A DNA stretch of 64,000 nt from an uncultured Gammaproteobacteria bacterium (GCA_965231125.1 OZ246414.1:281512-345511), one strand, 5' to 3'; counted from the stretch's first letter, positions 9,656 to 18,192 are shown. Translations and numbers: made by a program. Notes: generated by a model not told the origin, from the letters alone.

Positions 9656-9700
9656 AAAGGAAAAAAGCGGTGGGGGTGCTTGAAGAACAGGCACCCCCTT
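9656..9700 (-). terminator. Rho-independent terminator for the minus-strand zinc-ribbon gene
   Basis: On the minus strand, a GGGGGTGCC..GCACCCCC hairpin is followed by a T-run (ACCGCTTTTTTCC). Confidence 0.5.
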
Positions 9701-10061
9701 TAGACAGGTGTAGGTGGTGGATGAGGATCGTCCTTTGGGTCGGCCTGCCAGATTCTTGCTAGGATAAAAGGCAGACCGCTTTCATAGTCTGGAGGGATCT
9801 GGCCACTGGTACGAAGTAGCGCTTCCTCAGCTATCGATCTATCCCCACAGACAGCCTCCTTTGCTCTCTTCGCGTCAGAGTGTTCAGCACTTACGTTTAG
9901 AGTGTAGCCTTGGCTGCACGTACTACATAGTGCTTGAACAGACCAGACCTTCTCACTTATCTGTTTTAGATCTATCCGGTCGTATCGGAACAGCGTCTTA
10001 CATGCTGGGCAAGCGAGAGGGATACCGACACAGATTTGCCTGATTATATCCTGCTCGTCCA
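9700..10061 (-). CDS. Cys-rich zinc-ribbon protein, hypothetical
   Basis: Start MDEQD after AAAGGAG. CPAC and CSTC motif pairs. Locally higher GC than the flanks. The 10206 start in the ORF track looks like an over-extension. Confidence 0.45.
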
Positions 10062-10115
10062 TTTGTCTCCTTTCTCTCTGACGCGGACGGATTATTTCTA
10101 TTATAGTATAGTCAA

Positions 10116-10193
10116 GCAAGATAAACCCGCTTTTAGACTCAATTTGTATAGTCCACGACTGTGGTTGCAGCATTCGTGAGAATGCTCTAAAAT
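10116..10193 (+). repeat. Conserved upstream module with hairpin AGCATTC-GTGA-GAATGCT, copy 2
   Basis: Paralog of 10702-10782. The stem covaries between copies (TC/GA versus CT/AG). Sits just upstream of the gene at 10213. Confidence 0.5.
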
Positions 10194-10212
10194 CAGCTAG
10201 AAACAAACCTCA

Positions 10213-10680
10213 ATGACAATTATCAAACCATTCCTAATTATTATTTCATTAATAATTGTTTTATTTATTCTCTTTGCGTTTTACCGAACTTGGAAGACGC
10301 AGCATGGAGAGAGTCAAAAACTATTTCTTTCCGGGAAACTCCCAAATCCAAAACTAGACGGATTTTATAAAGGCTCAATCACTGGCCAAACCAATCTTTC
10401 TTGGAACGGAAAAGTTTTTAATGCGCAAGCGAGTAGCGGGATTAACAAAATAAACGATTCTGAAAAGTACAAATTCAAAACTTTCACCGGAAAAGGTTTG
10501 CAGGACAAAAATCTCGAGGTTTTAAAATTAGAATACAATATTCCCGGAAACCCTTTCTGGCTCCGAACCGTGCTAGATGAAATAGTGGAGACCAAACCTG
10601 GAGTTTATTTAGGCAAAACCCACGTTCGCATTATTCCTGGTTTTCCTTTTACACTTGGTTATTTTAATTTGGAAAAATAG
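10213..10680 (+). CDS. Hypothetical membrane-anchored protein
   Basis: N-terminal transmembrane helix (PFLIIISLIIVLFILFAF). 155 aa. Confidence 0.5.
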   Translation: MTIIKPFLIIISLIIVLFILFAFYRTWKTQHGESQKLFLSGKLPNPKLDGFYKGSITGQTNLSWNGKVFNAQASSGINKINDSEKYKFKTFTGKGLQDKNLEVLKLEYNIPGNPFWLRTVLDEIVETKPGVYLGKTHVRIIPGFPFTLGYFNLEK

Positions 10681-10701
10681 TTGAGCAAGTTGATATAGGT
10701 A

Positions 10702-10782
10702 AGCAAGATAAACCTCGCTTTTCAGCCTCAATTTTTGTAATCCAGGTAAGTGGTTGCAGCATCTGCCAAGATGCTATAAAAT
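10702..10782 (+). repeat. Conserved upstream module with hairpin AGCATCT-GCCA-AGATGCT, copy 3
   Basis: Same arrangement as 10116-10193, in front of the MazG-like gene. Confidence 0.5.
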
Positions 10783-10805
10783 CCATCCAACCTAGTTTTT
10801 TAGTT

Positions 10806-11156
10806 ATGAATACCAAAGAGCTGCAGAAGAAAATAGTAAAATTTCGTGATGCTAGAGATTGGAAGCAATTCCACAACCCCAAAGATCTTTCTATTTCATT
10901 ACTTCTTGAAGCAGCAGAACTACTAGAACATTTTCAATGGAAAAGCCAACAAGAAATGGACGATCTACCAAAGACAAAAGAGTTTGGGGATGTAAAAGAA
11001 GAAGTCGCGGACATTTATTACTGGGTTTTGCTGGTTGCCAATGATTTAAATATCGATCTAGAAAAAGAGTTTTTGAAAAAAATGAAGCAAAATGAGAAGA
11101 AATACCCAATAGAGAAGGCCAGAGGAAGTCATAAAAAATATACAGAACTAACATGA
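10806..11156 (+). CDS. MazG-like nucleotide pyrophosphohydrolase
   Basis: Pattern FRDARDW.QFH.PKDL..SL..EAAELLE.FQW plus the EEVADIYYWVLLVAN helix pair. Confidence 0.7.
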   Translation: MNTKELQKKIVKFRDARDWKQFHNPKDLSISLLLEAAELLEHFQWKSQQEMDDLPKTKEFGDVKEEVADIYYWVLLVANDLNIDLEKEFLKKMKQNEKKYPIEKARGSHKKYTELT

Positions 11157-12271
11157 ACAAAACAAGAAAAATCTTCTTTGTTGTTGCAAGTGGTGGTCAG
11201 GAGACTGACAGACATTACTACGACACAATTGAGAAGAAACGAACTGTAGAAGAAGCAGAAAAATTTTTGGCTCCAGAAGAGATCAATATTCTGAAAAACA
11301 AATATCATAGTGGTCCGTTCGCAGTTTGGGGTGCAGTTCCAGGAACTGGAAATTCAAGAACTTGGGATTCTATGGAACCTGGGGATTATGTTCTTATCTA
11401 TAAGTCTGGGTCAATTATTTTTGCTGCCGAAGTAGCTCTCAAAACTAGAAACCCAAGAATGGCTGAGTATCTATGGAGCAAAGATAGTAATGGCCAAACT
11501 TGGGAATATATGTATTTTCTGGTTAATACTGAGAAGGTTAACGTTGGTATGGCAAAGTTGAATCCCCTGCTCGGTTACAGCGAGAATTTTTTCCCAAGGG
11601 GATTTTCTGCAATTGACCAAAATAAAGTTGATGACTTGTTAAATAAGTACGGAGATACCTTGTCTGTACTTAAAAAGATCGAACAAGGGAGAGAATTAGA
11701 AAAGATAGACGAACATAAGAAAGTAGAAGAGATAGTATTAGATGAAAAAGTAGAAAGAGCTCCAACAGAGCATGATGAGATGCAGTGGCGATTAATTAGA
11801 CTTGGTAAAAAGTCCCATGTTGATGTTTGGGTTCCACAAAACGATCAAGGTAAGGTATATGATAACCATGTTTTTAGAAACGAGGTTCTAGAGGACTTTC
11901 AAACTACTTTGGATGTACCGACATATATCAAAAACATTGACGTTGTTTGGAAATACGGGTTCTCAATAAAATCTGCTTTTGAGATCGAACATTCCACCTC
12001 AGTTTATTCAGGTATTTTAAGACTTTCTGATCTTCGAGCACTGACACCTAACTCCATTTATCCAATGTTTATCGTCGCTGATAGAGATAGAAAAAATAAA
12101 GTTTTTTCTGAGCTCCAAAGACCTACTTTTGACAACCCTTATCTAAACCTCAAAGAGGTTATCAGCTTTCTATCTTATGATAAAGTTCGAGAGCTTGACG
12201 AGGATTCTAAAGATCAGGATGCAAACGTTTCATTAGACTTCTTAGCGAGACAAGCTGAAAAGGTTAACTAA
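11153..12271 (+). CDS. Hypothetical two-domain protein (PUA/EVE-like N-terminus, possible PD-(D/E)xK-like C-terminus)
   Basis: Overlaps the MazG stop by 4 nt. The C-terminal segment IDVVWKYGF...EIEHS has a nuclease-like look. Weak assignment. Confidence 0.45.
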   Translation: MNKTRKIFFVVASGGQETDRHYYDTIEKKRTVEEAEKFLAPEEINILKNKYHSGPFAVWGAVPGTGNSRTWDSMEPGDYVLIYKSGSIIFAAEVALKTRNPRMAEYLWSKDSNGQTWEYMYFLVNTEKVNVGMAKLNPLLGYSENFFPRGFSAIDQNKVDDLLNKYGDTLSVLKKIEQGRELEKIDEHKKVEEIVLDEKVERAPTEHDEMQWRLIRLGKKSHVDVWVPQNDQGKVYDNHVFRNEVLEDFQTTLDVPTYIKNIDVVWKYGFSIKSAFEIEHSTSVYSGILRLSDLRALTPNSIYPMFIVADRDRKNKVFSELQRPTFDNPYLNLKEVISFLSYDKVRELDEDSKDQDANVSLDFLARQAEKVN

Positions 12272-12279
12272 ACCCTTGT

Positions 12280-12312
12280 TAGCAGACCACCTATCTTTCT
12301 GCTAGTTTTTCA
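12280..12312 (+). terminator. Rho-independent terminator
   Basis: Hairpin TAGCAGA..TCTGCTA followed by GTTTTTC. Confidence 0.5.
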
Positions 12313-12358
12313 GGTATAATTTTATTACTGCCCTGAACAAGGGCTTTTATTTTTAAAA

Positions 12359-12805
12359 ATGGCTAAGTACAGCAAATTAAAAGTAATTTGTGATGCAAGC
12401 TGCAAAATCCCGAATGCAAATGTAAAGGGGAGGCCAAATTTTGGAAAGGCAGCAGGTGCATACCTATTTTTAGATGAGGTAGATAACCGTATTGAGAGTG
12501 GAGGTTTCTACCTCGGAGAAATGAGCCCCTATGAGGCTGAGTATCAAACTCTTTTAAAAACTCTCGATTTAGTAAGTGGTATTTGTAGAGGCGTGGTTGA
12601 AGTTTTTATGGACGCCGAATTTGTTATACGGCATATGAACGGAACTTACGGATTAAAATCAGATGTTGTCAAACCCATTTTTGACAAAATAAAATCAATA
12701 GAAACAGCTAGATTTAAAAAAGTTGACTATTATCATCATTCTCGTGATACGGAGTACGGAAAAGTTGTAGATAATCTGGCCAAACAAGAAGTTAATAAAT
12801 ACTAG
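12359..12805 (+). CDS. RNase H-like domain protein
   Basis: Catalytic pattern D(ICDAS)..E(EAEYQ)..D(FMDAEF)..H/D(HHSRDTEYGKVVDNLAKQ) in the order expected for RNase HI. Confidence 0.5.
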   Translation: MAKYSKLKVICDASCKIPNANVKGRPNFGKAAGAYLFLDEVDNRIESGGFYLGEMSPYEAEYQTLLKTLDLVSGICRGVVEVFMDAEFVIRHMNGTYGLKSDVVKPIFDKIKSIETARFKKVDYYHHSRDTEYGKVVDNLAKQEVNKY

Positions 12806-12977
12806 ATATTTAATCGAGAAAGGCGGGTGAATAGGATGCTAAGCGATCATGGTCTACTTGAAAAAGCAATTGAAATAGCAAAAGAGTATGCAAGAAGTGG
12901 AAACAATACACCAAGTGTAGAAGCTGTTCTTGAAAGAGTTTACGAAACACTTAAAAAACTAAACAAGCAGGTATAAT

Positions 12978-13046
12978 TCTTGACACTTCAGGCAAATACT
13001 TCGATAGACTCAGTACAAGCAGGCATGAAGTTTGCTTTTCTTTTCC
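12978..13046 (+). repeat. Intergenic repeat family (TCTTGACAC...CAGGCATGAAGTTTGCTTTTCTTTTCC), copy A
   Basis: Related copies at 13365-13394, 14466-14605 and 15358-15427. Contains a TTGACA hexamer. Confidence 0.5.
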
Positions 13047-13196
13047 CGACCAATCATACTTAGACAACATGGCACACTCTCAAGGTAAACAAAGGCGCGA
13101 AACTAAAAAGCCTAAAAAGAATAAAAAGAAATAAAACCCTTGGTTTGCACCCAAGAATCTTCTTTTTGCTCGCTTATTAAGAAGCTCACAAAATAA

Positions 13197-13358
13197 ATGG
13201 CCGATCCTGTAAGATGTCCTTATTGCAATAGCAGAGATTTATCCACGGTACCTGCCCCTTTTGGAGAGAGTGTACAAACAAGCTCCATCACCTACAAATG
13301 CCAAATATGTCACCGCAGCTTTAGTAAATCCTCTTCAGAAAAAAGTAAAGACGAATAA
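13197..13358 (+). CDS. Stand-alone IS1595/IS1-like transposase zinc-ribbon mini-protein (53 aa), paralog 1
   Basis: RCPYCNS...YKCQICHRSFS fits the pattern CPxCxS..(n)..YxCxxCxxxFS. About 80% nucleotide identity to 14649-14810. Confidence 0.5.
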   Translation: MADPVRCPYCNSRDLSTVPAPFGESVQTSSITYKCQICHRSFSKSSSEKSKDE

Positions 13359-13364
13359 AAATTT

Positions 13365-13394
13365 CCTTGACACTCCAGGCAAACAAGCATAAAG
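13365..13394 (+). repeat. Intergenic repeat family, short copy B (CCTTGACACTCCAGGCAAACAAGCATAAAG)
   Basis: TTGACA, a 17-nt spacer, then TAAAGT. Promoter-like, just upstream of the REC gene. Confidence 0.4.
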
Positions 13395-13404
13395 TTTTCT
13401 CAAA

Positions 13405-13797
13405 ATGAAAACTACTAGAATATTGATCTTGGAAGATGATTTAGAAACTCTTTCAGTCTTGCTCAGAAAGCTACATGAACTTGAAGAAGAGACAGCGTCG
13501 GTTATTTCTGTTGTGACTCTTTCTGAATACACTCAAGTAGAAGAATTTATCAATAACAAGAAGGACTTGGGCTTTGATATTGTTCTCCTCGATCGGGATT
13601 GCAAAGCTGGAGGATCCTTCCACACTCTAGAAATTGAAAAGTATGGTCCAGAGAAAATCATTTCAATTTCCTCGATCCCAGACTACAACCGGCAGGCGCA
13701 AGGACGCGGTGTCAAAAGAATTGTTTGGAAGGACTATCAAAACCTTGAAGATTTCTCTCTTAAAGTAATCGAAAACATTAAACAAATACTTAGCTAG
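13405..13797 (+). CDS. Stand-alone receiver (REC/CheY-like) domain protein
   Basis: ILILEDD...DIVLLDRD layout. Confidence 0.5.
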   Translation: MKTTRILILEDDLETLSVLLRKLHELEEETASVISVVTLSEYTQVEEFINNKKDLGFDIVLLDRDCKAGGSFHTLEIEKYGPEKIISISSIPDYNRQAQGRGVKRIVWKDYQNLEDFSLKVIENIKQILS

Positions 13798-13819
13798 TTT
13801 TTCTTGCTATAATTAAAGC

Positions 13820-14149
13820 ATGATATTGATAATAAGTGAAAAAGCTAGTAAAGAACAACTTGAACAAATGGCTCAGGACTTTGATGGTTTTATAAAAGTC
13901 GTTGTCGATATTGAAAAAGGAATATTGGCTGGAGGTGGGGAAAGGCACGTAGATGCAGAACAACTAATGCTCCAGGAAGGTTCAAAGCAAAGCGATCTTT
14001 GGGGTGGTGGTTTAGATTTGGAAACGAAAGATAGAGACTACAATTCTGTAATTAACCTTCGACCCAATCAAGACAACTCAAGTCGTGATATACTATCAAA
14101 AGAAATTAGAAAGCAGTTTGACGAAATTGTGAAGAAGCTACTACTCTAA
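13820..14149 (+). CDS. Hypothetical protein
   Basis: ORF of 109 aa, no domain recognised. Confidence 0.4.
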   Translation: MILIISEKASKEQLEQMAQDFDGFIKVVVDIEKGILAGGGERHVDAEQLMLQEGSKQSDLWGGGLDLETKDRDYNSVINLRPNQDNSSRDILSKEIRKQFDEIVKKLLL

Positions 14150-14157
14150 GAAACTTT

Positions 14158-14463
14158 ATGAACAAAAAAGAAAAAATTTTGGATATAGCGATGAATTTAA
14201 ATAGAGTTGGAAACTGGTTGTATGACGACCCGCAATCTAAAGGAAAAAGAATCAATAGTTTTTTGAGTAATACCAATTTGATTTTGGGTTCCTTACCCTC
14301 AAGCTCCTTTTCAACACCTTTCCGTACTACCTACGAGAAGTTTTTGGGTGACTATGGTCAGCTGAACAAACAGATTGAATCAGCCGATATTGACAACCAG
14401 TACTGGGGAGAGAAAGCAATGACTTGGGGAACTGTACTTACTCACCGCTCAAAATTAATTTGA
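14158..14463 (+). CDS. Hypothetical protein
   Basis: ORF of 101 aa. Confidence 0.35.
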   Translation: MNKKEKILDIAMNLNRVGNWLYDDPQSKGKRINSFLSNTNLILGSLPSSSFSTPFRTTYEKFLGDYGQLNKQIESADIDNQYWGEKAMTWGTVLTHRSKLI

Positions 14464-14465
14464 TT

Positions 14466-14605
14466 TTCTTGACACAGGTTCTACAAGCCCACTGTTTTAA
14501 AACTTCCTTCCTACGTTTTTAGCTTTATGGTGGCAAGCAGGTAAACCCAACTCCGCTTCGTAAGCTACGATGGACCGGTAGGCATGAAGTTTGCTTTTCT
14601 TTTCC
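14466..14605 (+). repeat. Intergenic repeat family, copy C
   Basis: The 5' part (TTCTTGACACAGGTTCtACA) matches copy D; the 3' part (CAGGCATGAAGTTTGCTTTTCTTTTCC) is identical to copy A. Confidence 0.5.
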
Positions 14606-14648
14606 AAACAAGTTGCTATTATTGTTCCTTACGCTTAAACTTAAGCCT

Positions 14649-14810
14649 ATGCCAGACGAAATAAGATGCCCTTATTGCAATAGCAAAGATTTAGCCACTG
14701 TACCTACCCCTTTTGGAGAGAGCGTGCAAACAAACTCCACTACCTACAAATGCCAAATATGCCACCGCACTTTCAGCAAATCCTCCTCCGAAGAAAATAA
14801 GGAAGAATAG
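14649..14810 (+). CDS. Stand-alone IS1595/IS1-like transposase zinc-ribbon mini-protein (53 aa), paralog 2
   Basis: MPDEIRCPYCNSKDLATVPTPFGESVQTNSTTYKCQICHRTFS. The ORF-track start at 14613 is an upstream extension. Confidence 0.5.
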   Translation: MPDEIRCPYCNSKDLATVPTPFGESVQTNSTTYKCQICHRTFSKSSSEENKEE

Positions 14811-14852
14811 ATAATTGACATACGATAATACATATGTTAGTATGTACCTATT

Positions 14853-15089
14853 ATGTTTCCAAAAACCACTACCGCTAGAGAAATACAAAGAAACTACCGC
14901 AAGGTCTTTGATACTGTCAAAAAGACTAAGGAGCCTATCTTTGTCATGAAGAATAACAAGCCGGAGGTTGCAATCATCGATGCAGACCAGCTTGAAGAGA
15001 TGGAAGCAGTGCTTGCCGTACTTCAAAGCCGCGAAGAAATGAGAGCAGGAAAAGGAAAACTCTTGAAGTCACTAGCCGATCTACGCTGA
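14853..15089 (+). CDS. Type II antitoxin, Phd/YefM family
   Basis: 78 aa with an N-terminal AREIQRNYRKVFD..EPIFV motif, immediately upstream of a RelE-like toxin. Confidence 0.65.
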   Translation: MFPKTTTAREIQRNYRKVFDTVKKTKEPIFVMKNNKPEVAIIDADQLEEMEAVLAVLQSREEMRAGKGKLLKSLADLR

Positions 15090-15095
15090 AGGTAA

Positions 15096-15353
15096 ATGAA
15101 AATCTTCTACTCACGCAAGTTTTCCAACGAGTATAAGCGTTTACCATTCAAAGTTAAATTGCTTGCAGAGAAAAAAGAAGAAATCTTTCGCAGAAATCCG
15201 TTCGAACCTCAACTTAAAACCCATAAACTTAGTGGTAGATTGAAAGACTATTATTCATTTTCAATAGATTATCAGTATAGAATTGTTTTTGAATTTGAAA
15301 ACAACGATACTGTTTGGTTTCATTCGGTTGGCACACATGAAATCTATAAATAG
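15096..15353 (+). CDS. Type II toxin, RelE/ParE superfamily (YoeB/Txe-like)
   Basis: 85 aa with a conserved C-terminal YRIVFEF....V.FH.VGTHEIYK. Confidence 0.65.
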   Translation: MKIFYSRKFSNEYKRLPFKVKLLAEKKEEIFRRNPFEPQLKTHKLSGRLKDYYSFSIDYQYRIVFEFENNDTVWFHSVGTHEIYK

Positions 15354-15357
15354 TAAT

Positions 15358-15427
15358 TTCCCTGACACAGGTTCGACAGTTCAATGGACTCAGCACGACC
15401 AGGCATGGAATTTGCTTGTTTGATTCC
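15358..15427 (+). repeat. Intergenic repeat family, copy D
   Basis: Reads CCCTGACACAGGTTCGACAG...GACTCAGCACGACCAGGCATGGAATTTGCTTGTTTGATTCC, related to copies A and C. Confidence 0.45.
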
Positions 15428-15441
15428 TTTTATCTACAATT

Positions 15442-15540
15442 ATGCTGATTGATGAGACTGGAAAGATTGAGAAGATTTACGAAAAGGTAAAGCCGACCGT
15501 TCGTGCAAGTGAAGTTTTGATTGATCTGGAAAGAGGGTGA
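15442..15540 (+). pseudogene. Remnant of a Bcp-type peroxiredoxin (C-terminal ~32 codons only)
   Basis: MLIDETGKIEKIYEKVKPTVRASEVLIDLERG matches the conserved C-terminus of thiol peroxidase Bcp (FLID..G.I...Y.KV.P..HA.EVL..L). No N-terminal catalytic part is present. Confidence 0.35.
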
Positions 15541-15700
15541 TTGTCATTTCCCATCACGAAGGTAAGAAAAAAGCTGCTCCAAAAAAGAAGGCTAGCAAAA
15601 AAGGCAAGAAATGATTAATTTTATTTACTATAGCCCGCTCGTAGCTTATGCTTTCTGATCGTTGTCAGAAACCAGCTACTGCGCGTGCTGCGACCATTTC

Positions 15701-16528
15701 ATGGGCTTGGAATACAAGTATCTAACTGAAAACCAAAAAATCCCTTCACTGGGTTTGGGTACTTGGGGAATGGGTGGTTGGATGCGGCCGGACCGTTCCC
15801 AGGACGCAAAATATATTCGGGCGATTGAGTATGCTCTTGAGAAAGGTATTACCCACATCGATACTGCCGAGCTTTACGGGGCCGGCCACGCCGAAGAACT
15901 TATCGGTGAGGTAATAAAATCAGTCGATCGCAAAAGGCTTTTTATCACCAGCAAAGTTTTACCAATTCATTTAAGTTATGAATCAATTTTAAAAGCCGCC
16001 GAAAAATCCACCAAAAGGCTCGACACCGACTACCTGGATTTATATTTAATTCATTGGCCGAATCCCTTAGCTTCAACGAAGAACGCAATGGCTGGATTTG
16101 ACAAACTGGTCGACCAAGGTCTTGTTAAATTTATCGGAGTTTCCAATTTTTCTGTATCTCAATTTCAAAACGCCCAAAAATATGCAAGTCATAAACTAGT
16201 TTGCAATCAGGTCCGCTACAACTTGCTTGATCGAAGAGTTGAAGACGAGCTGCTCAAATTTTGCCAGGAAGAGCGTGTCATCTTAACTGCCTACAGTCCG
16301 CTTGCCGAAGGAGAGTTGACGAGACAAAAGTTTGAGCAATTGGAAGAGGTCGCCAAAAAATACGGCAAGACTCCTGTTCAGGTAGCCCTTCGCTGGTTGC
16401 TGGAAAAGCCGCAAGTAATTACGATTCCAAAGGCTAGTAGTCCAGATCATATTGATGAGATCTTGGGTACGCTCGGCTGGAAATTGGAGAAAGAAGACCG
16501 AGATTATTTAGATGGAGAGTTTGCTTAA
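15701..16528 (+). CDS. Aldo/keto reductase family oxidoreductase
   Basis: LGLGTWGMG, IDTAELYG, LYLIHWP and the TIPK region. The track start at 15662 is probably an extension; ATG 15701 is preferred. Confidence 0.75.
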   Translation: MGLEYKYLTENQKIPSLGLGTWGMGGWMRPDRSQDAKYIRAIEYALEKGITHIDTAELYGAGHAEELIGEVIKSVDRKRLFITSKVLPIHLSYESILKAAEKSTKRLDTDYLDLYLIHWPNPLASTKNAMAGFDKLVDQGLVKFIGVSNFSVSQFQNAQKYASHKLVCNQVRYNLLDRRVEDELLKFCQEERVILTAYSPLAEGELTRQKFEQLEEVAKKYGKTPVQVALRWLLEKPQVITIPKASSPDHIDEILGTLGWKLEKEDRDYLDGEFA

Positions 16529-16998
16529 TAAAGAAAGGGAATAAATTTTCGAGTGACTTTTTGGTACTCGCGGTAGGCCTCATCTTTTTTGGCTATTTGG
16601 GCTTCTTCAAAATCGGCGGTAACCTCTAGAATAATTAAGAATAAAACAAAGGCAACTTCAGCCCTAACCACAAAGTTCGATAAAGTTAGAAGGAGGGCGG
16701 CCAATGCGTAAACTGTATACATGGGGTGGCGGATGTAGCTGTAGGATCCTTTAGTAATGAGTTTGTGGTTTTTTACCGGCTCGGGAAAAGGCGAATACAG
16801 CTCCACCGAAAGCGATGTGTAAGAGATGGCGGCGGCGATAACAATTATTATCAAAAACACCAGAAAGTACGGGCTTGTTAAAATAACTGCGTAGTCGGCC
16901 AGGTACAAGAGCGTTATGAAGAAGACAAGTTGAAGGACGAAGAGTAACTTTGCCATGAGAATATAATACCACCACGGGCTTGATCTTTGAAGCCCCAA
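16525..16998 (-). CDS. Isoprenylcysteine carboxyl methyltransferase (ICMT/PEMT) family protein
   Basis: Multi-pass membrane protein with the IRHPMY...L signature. Confidence 0.6.
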   Translation of the reverse strand: MGLQRSSPWWYYILMAKLLFVLQLVFFITLLYLADYAVILTSPYFLVFLIIIVIAAAISYTSLSVELYSPFPEPVKNHKLITKGSYSYIRHPMYTVYALAALLLTLSNFVVRAEVAFVLFLIILEVTADFEEAQIAKKDEAYREYQKVTRKFIPFLY

Positions 16999-17014
16999 AG
17001 ATTAAAATTTCTCT

Positions 17015-17689
17015 ATGACTAAACTATCCCGATCCAAACTGGAACTTCTTTTGGAATGCCCAAGGTGCTTTTGGCTTTATGCCGGTAAAAATATCGCCCG
17101 GCCTTTTGGCGCTCCGTACACGATTAATAACGCCATCGATTTCCTCCTGAAGCGCGAATTTGACGAGCATCGAAAAGCCGGTACCGCCCACTATTTAATT
17201 GAACGTGAAGGAATTGATGCCGTTCCCTATTTGCACGACAACATTAATAAATGGCGGGACACTTTCACTGGTGTTCAATATGAAGATAAGGATAATGATT
17301 TTTTAGTTTTTGGGGCAGTGGATGATGTTTGGGCCGATTCGAAAGGAAACTTAATCGTCGTGGATTATAAAGCTTCCGGAGCAAAGGAAGGCGAGCTTTA
17401 TGATTCGTACAAACGCCAAATGGAGATTTATCAGTGGTTACTCCGACAAAACGGTTTTAAGGTTCTCGACCGCGGCTACTTTGTTTACTGCCGGGTCAAT
17501 AAAGATGGCGGCTTTGCTGGTGGTCAACTCTCCTTCGATATAAAAGTTCAACCTTATGATGGTGATGATAGTTGGATTTCGGGAAAAATCAGGCAGGCCC
17601 GCAAAACCCTCGACGGCCCAATTCCAAAACCGGGCGAAGAGTGCATTTATTGTAATTATCGAGCCGCAGTTGAAAAAAATTCTAACTAA
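17015..17689 (+). CDS. PD-(D/E)xK nuclease family protein (Cas4/RecB-like, four Cys)
   Basis: N-terminal CPRC plus C-terminal CIYC, and VDDVWAD...IVVDYK, consistent with a Cas4-like nuclease carrying an Fe-S cluster. Confidence 0.6.
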   Translation: MTKLSRSKLELLLECPRCFWLYAGKNIARPFGAPYTINNAIDFLLKREFDEHRKAGTAHYLIEREGIDAVPYLHDNINKWRDTFTGVQYEDKDNDFLVFGAVDDVWADSKGNLIVVDYKASGAKEGELYDSYKRQMEIYQWLLRQNGFKVLDRGYFVYCRVNKDGGFAGGQLSFDIKVQPYDGDDSWISGKIRQARKTLDGPIPKPGEECIYCNYRAAVEKNSN

Positions 17690-17729
17690 TATACCGCTGT
17701 TAAATAAAAACCTGTTATTATAGTAATAA

Positions 17730-18080
17730 ATGAAACTACTGATTGGTTGGATTGTAAACGCGATTGCTCTTTATGTTGCCGTCGCCCTTGTGCCGGGAAT
17801 TGCGGTTTCAAGTTGGCAGATACTAATTCTTGCTGCCGCTGTTATCGGTATAGTTAACACCTTTATAAAACCGATTGTCCAAATAGTTAGTCTTCCAATT
17901 ACAGTTCTTACCATTGGAATCTTCGCCTTGATTATTAATGCCGCCATGCTTGGTCTTTCTGCTTGGCTTGTACCAGGCTTTACGGTAGTTGGTTTTTGGT
18001 CTGCCTTTCTTGGAGCGATAATTCTCTCTCTGGTTAGCACGGTGCTGCACACCTTACTTGAGCCAAAACCAGTTTACTAA
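17730..18080 (+). CDS. Phage-holin family IV / DUF360 membrane protein
   Basis: 116 aa with four transmembrane helices, beginning LIGWIVNAIALYVAVALVPGI. Confidence 0.55.
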   Translation: MKLLIGWIVNAIALYVAVALVPGIAVSSWQILILAAAVIGIVNTFIKPIVQIVSLPITVLTIGIFALIINAAMLGLSAWLVPGFTVVGFWSAFLGAIILSLVSTVLHTLLEPKPVY

Positions 18081-18192
18081 TTTCCAAAAAATTAGAAAAT
18101 TTAAAATAACGTACTAAGAAATTGGAAAAAACGAAGATACGCCGAAAAAATTTGCATTAACTTTTTAGGTATGCTATAATTAATACATCTTC

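Noticed and set aside
12315-12350. TATAAT followed by a GC hairpin and T-run directly in front of the RNase H-like gene
   Set aside because: Could be a leader attenuator. With a single instance and no ribosome-binding site to anchor it, I cannot tell it apart from a downstream terminator remnant, so I only mention it in the defence-module finding.
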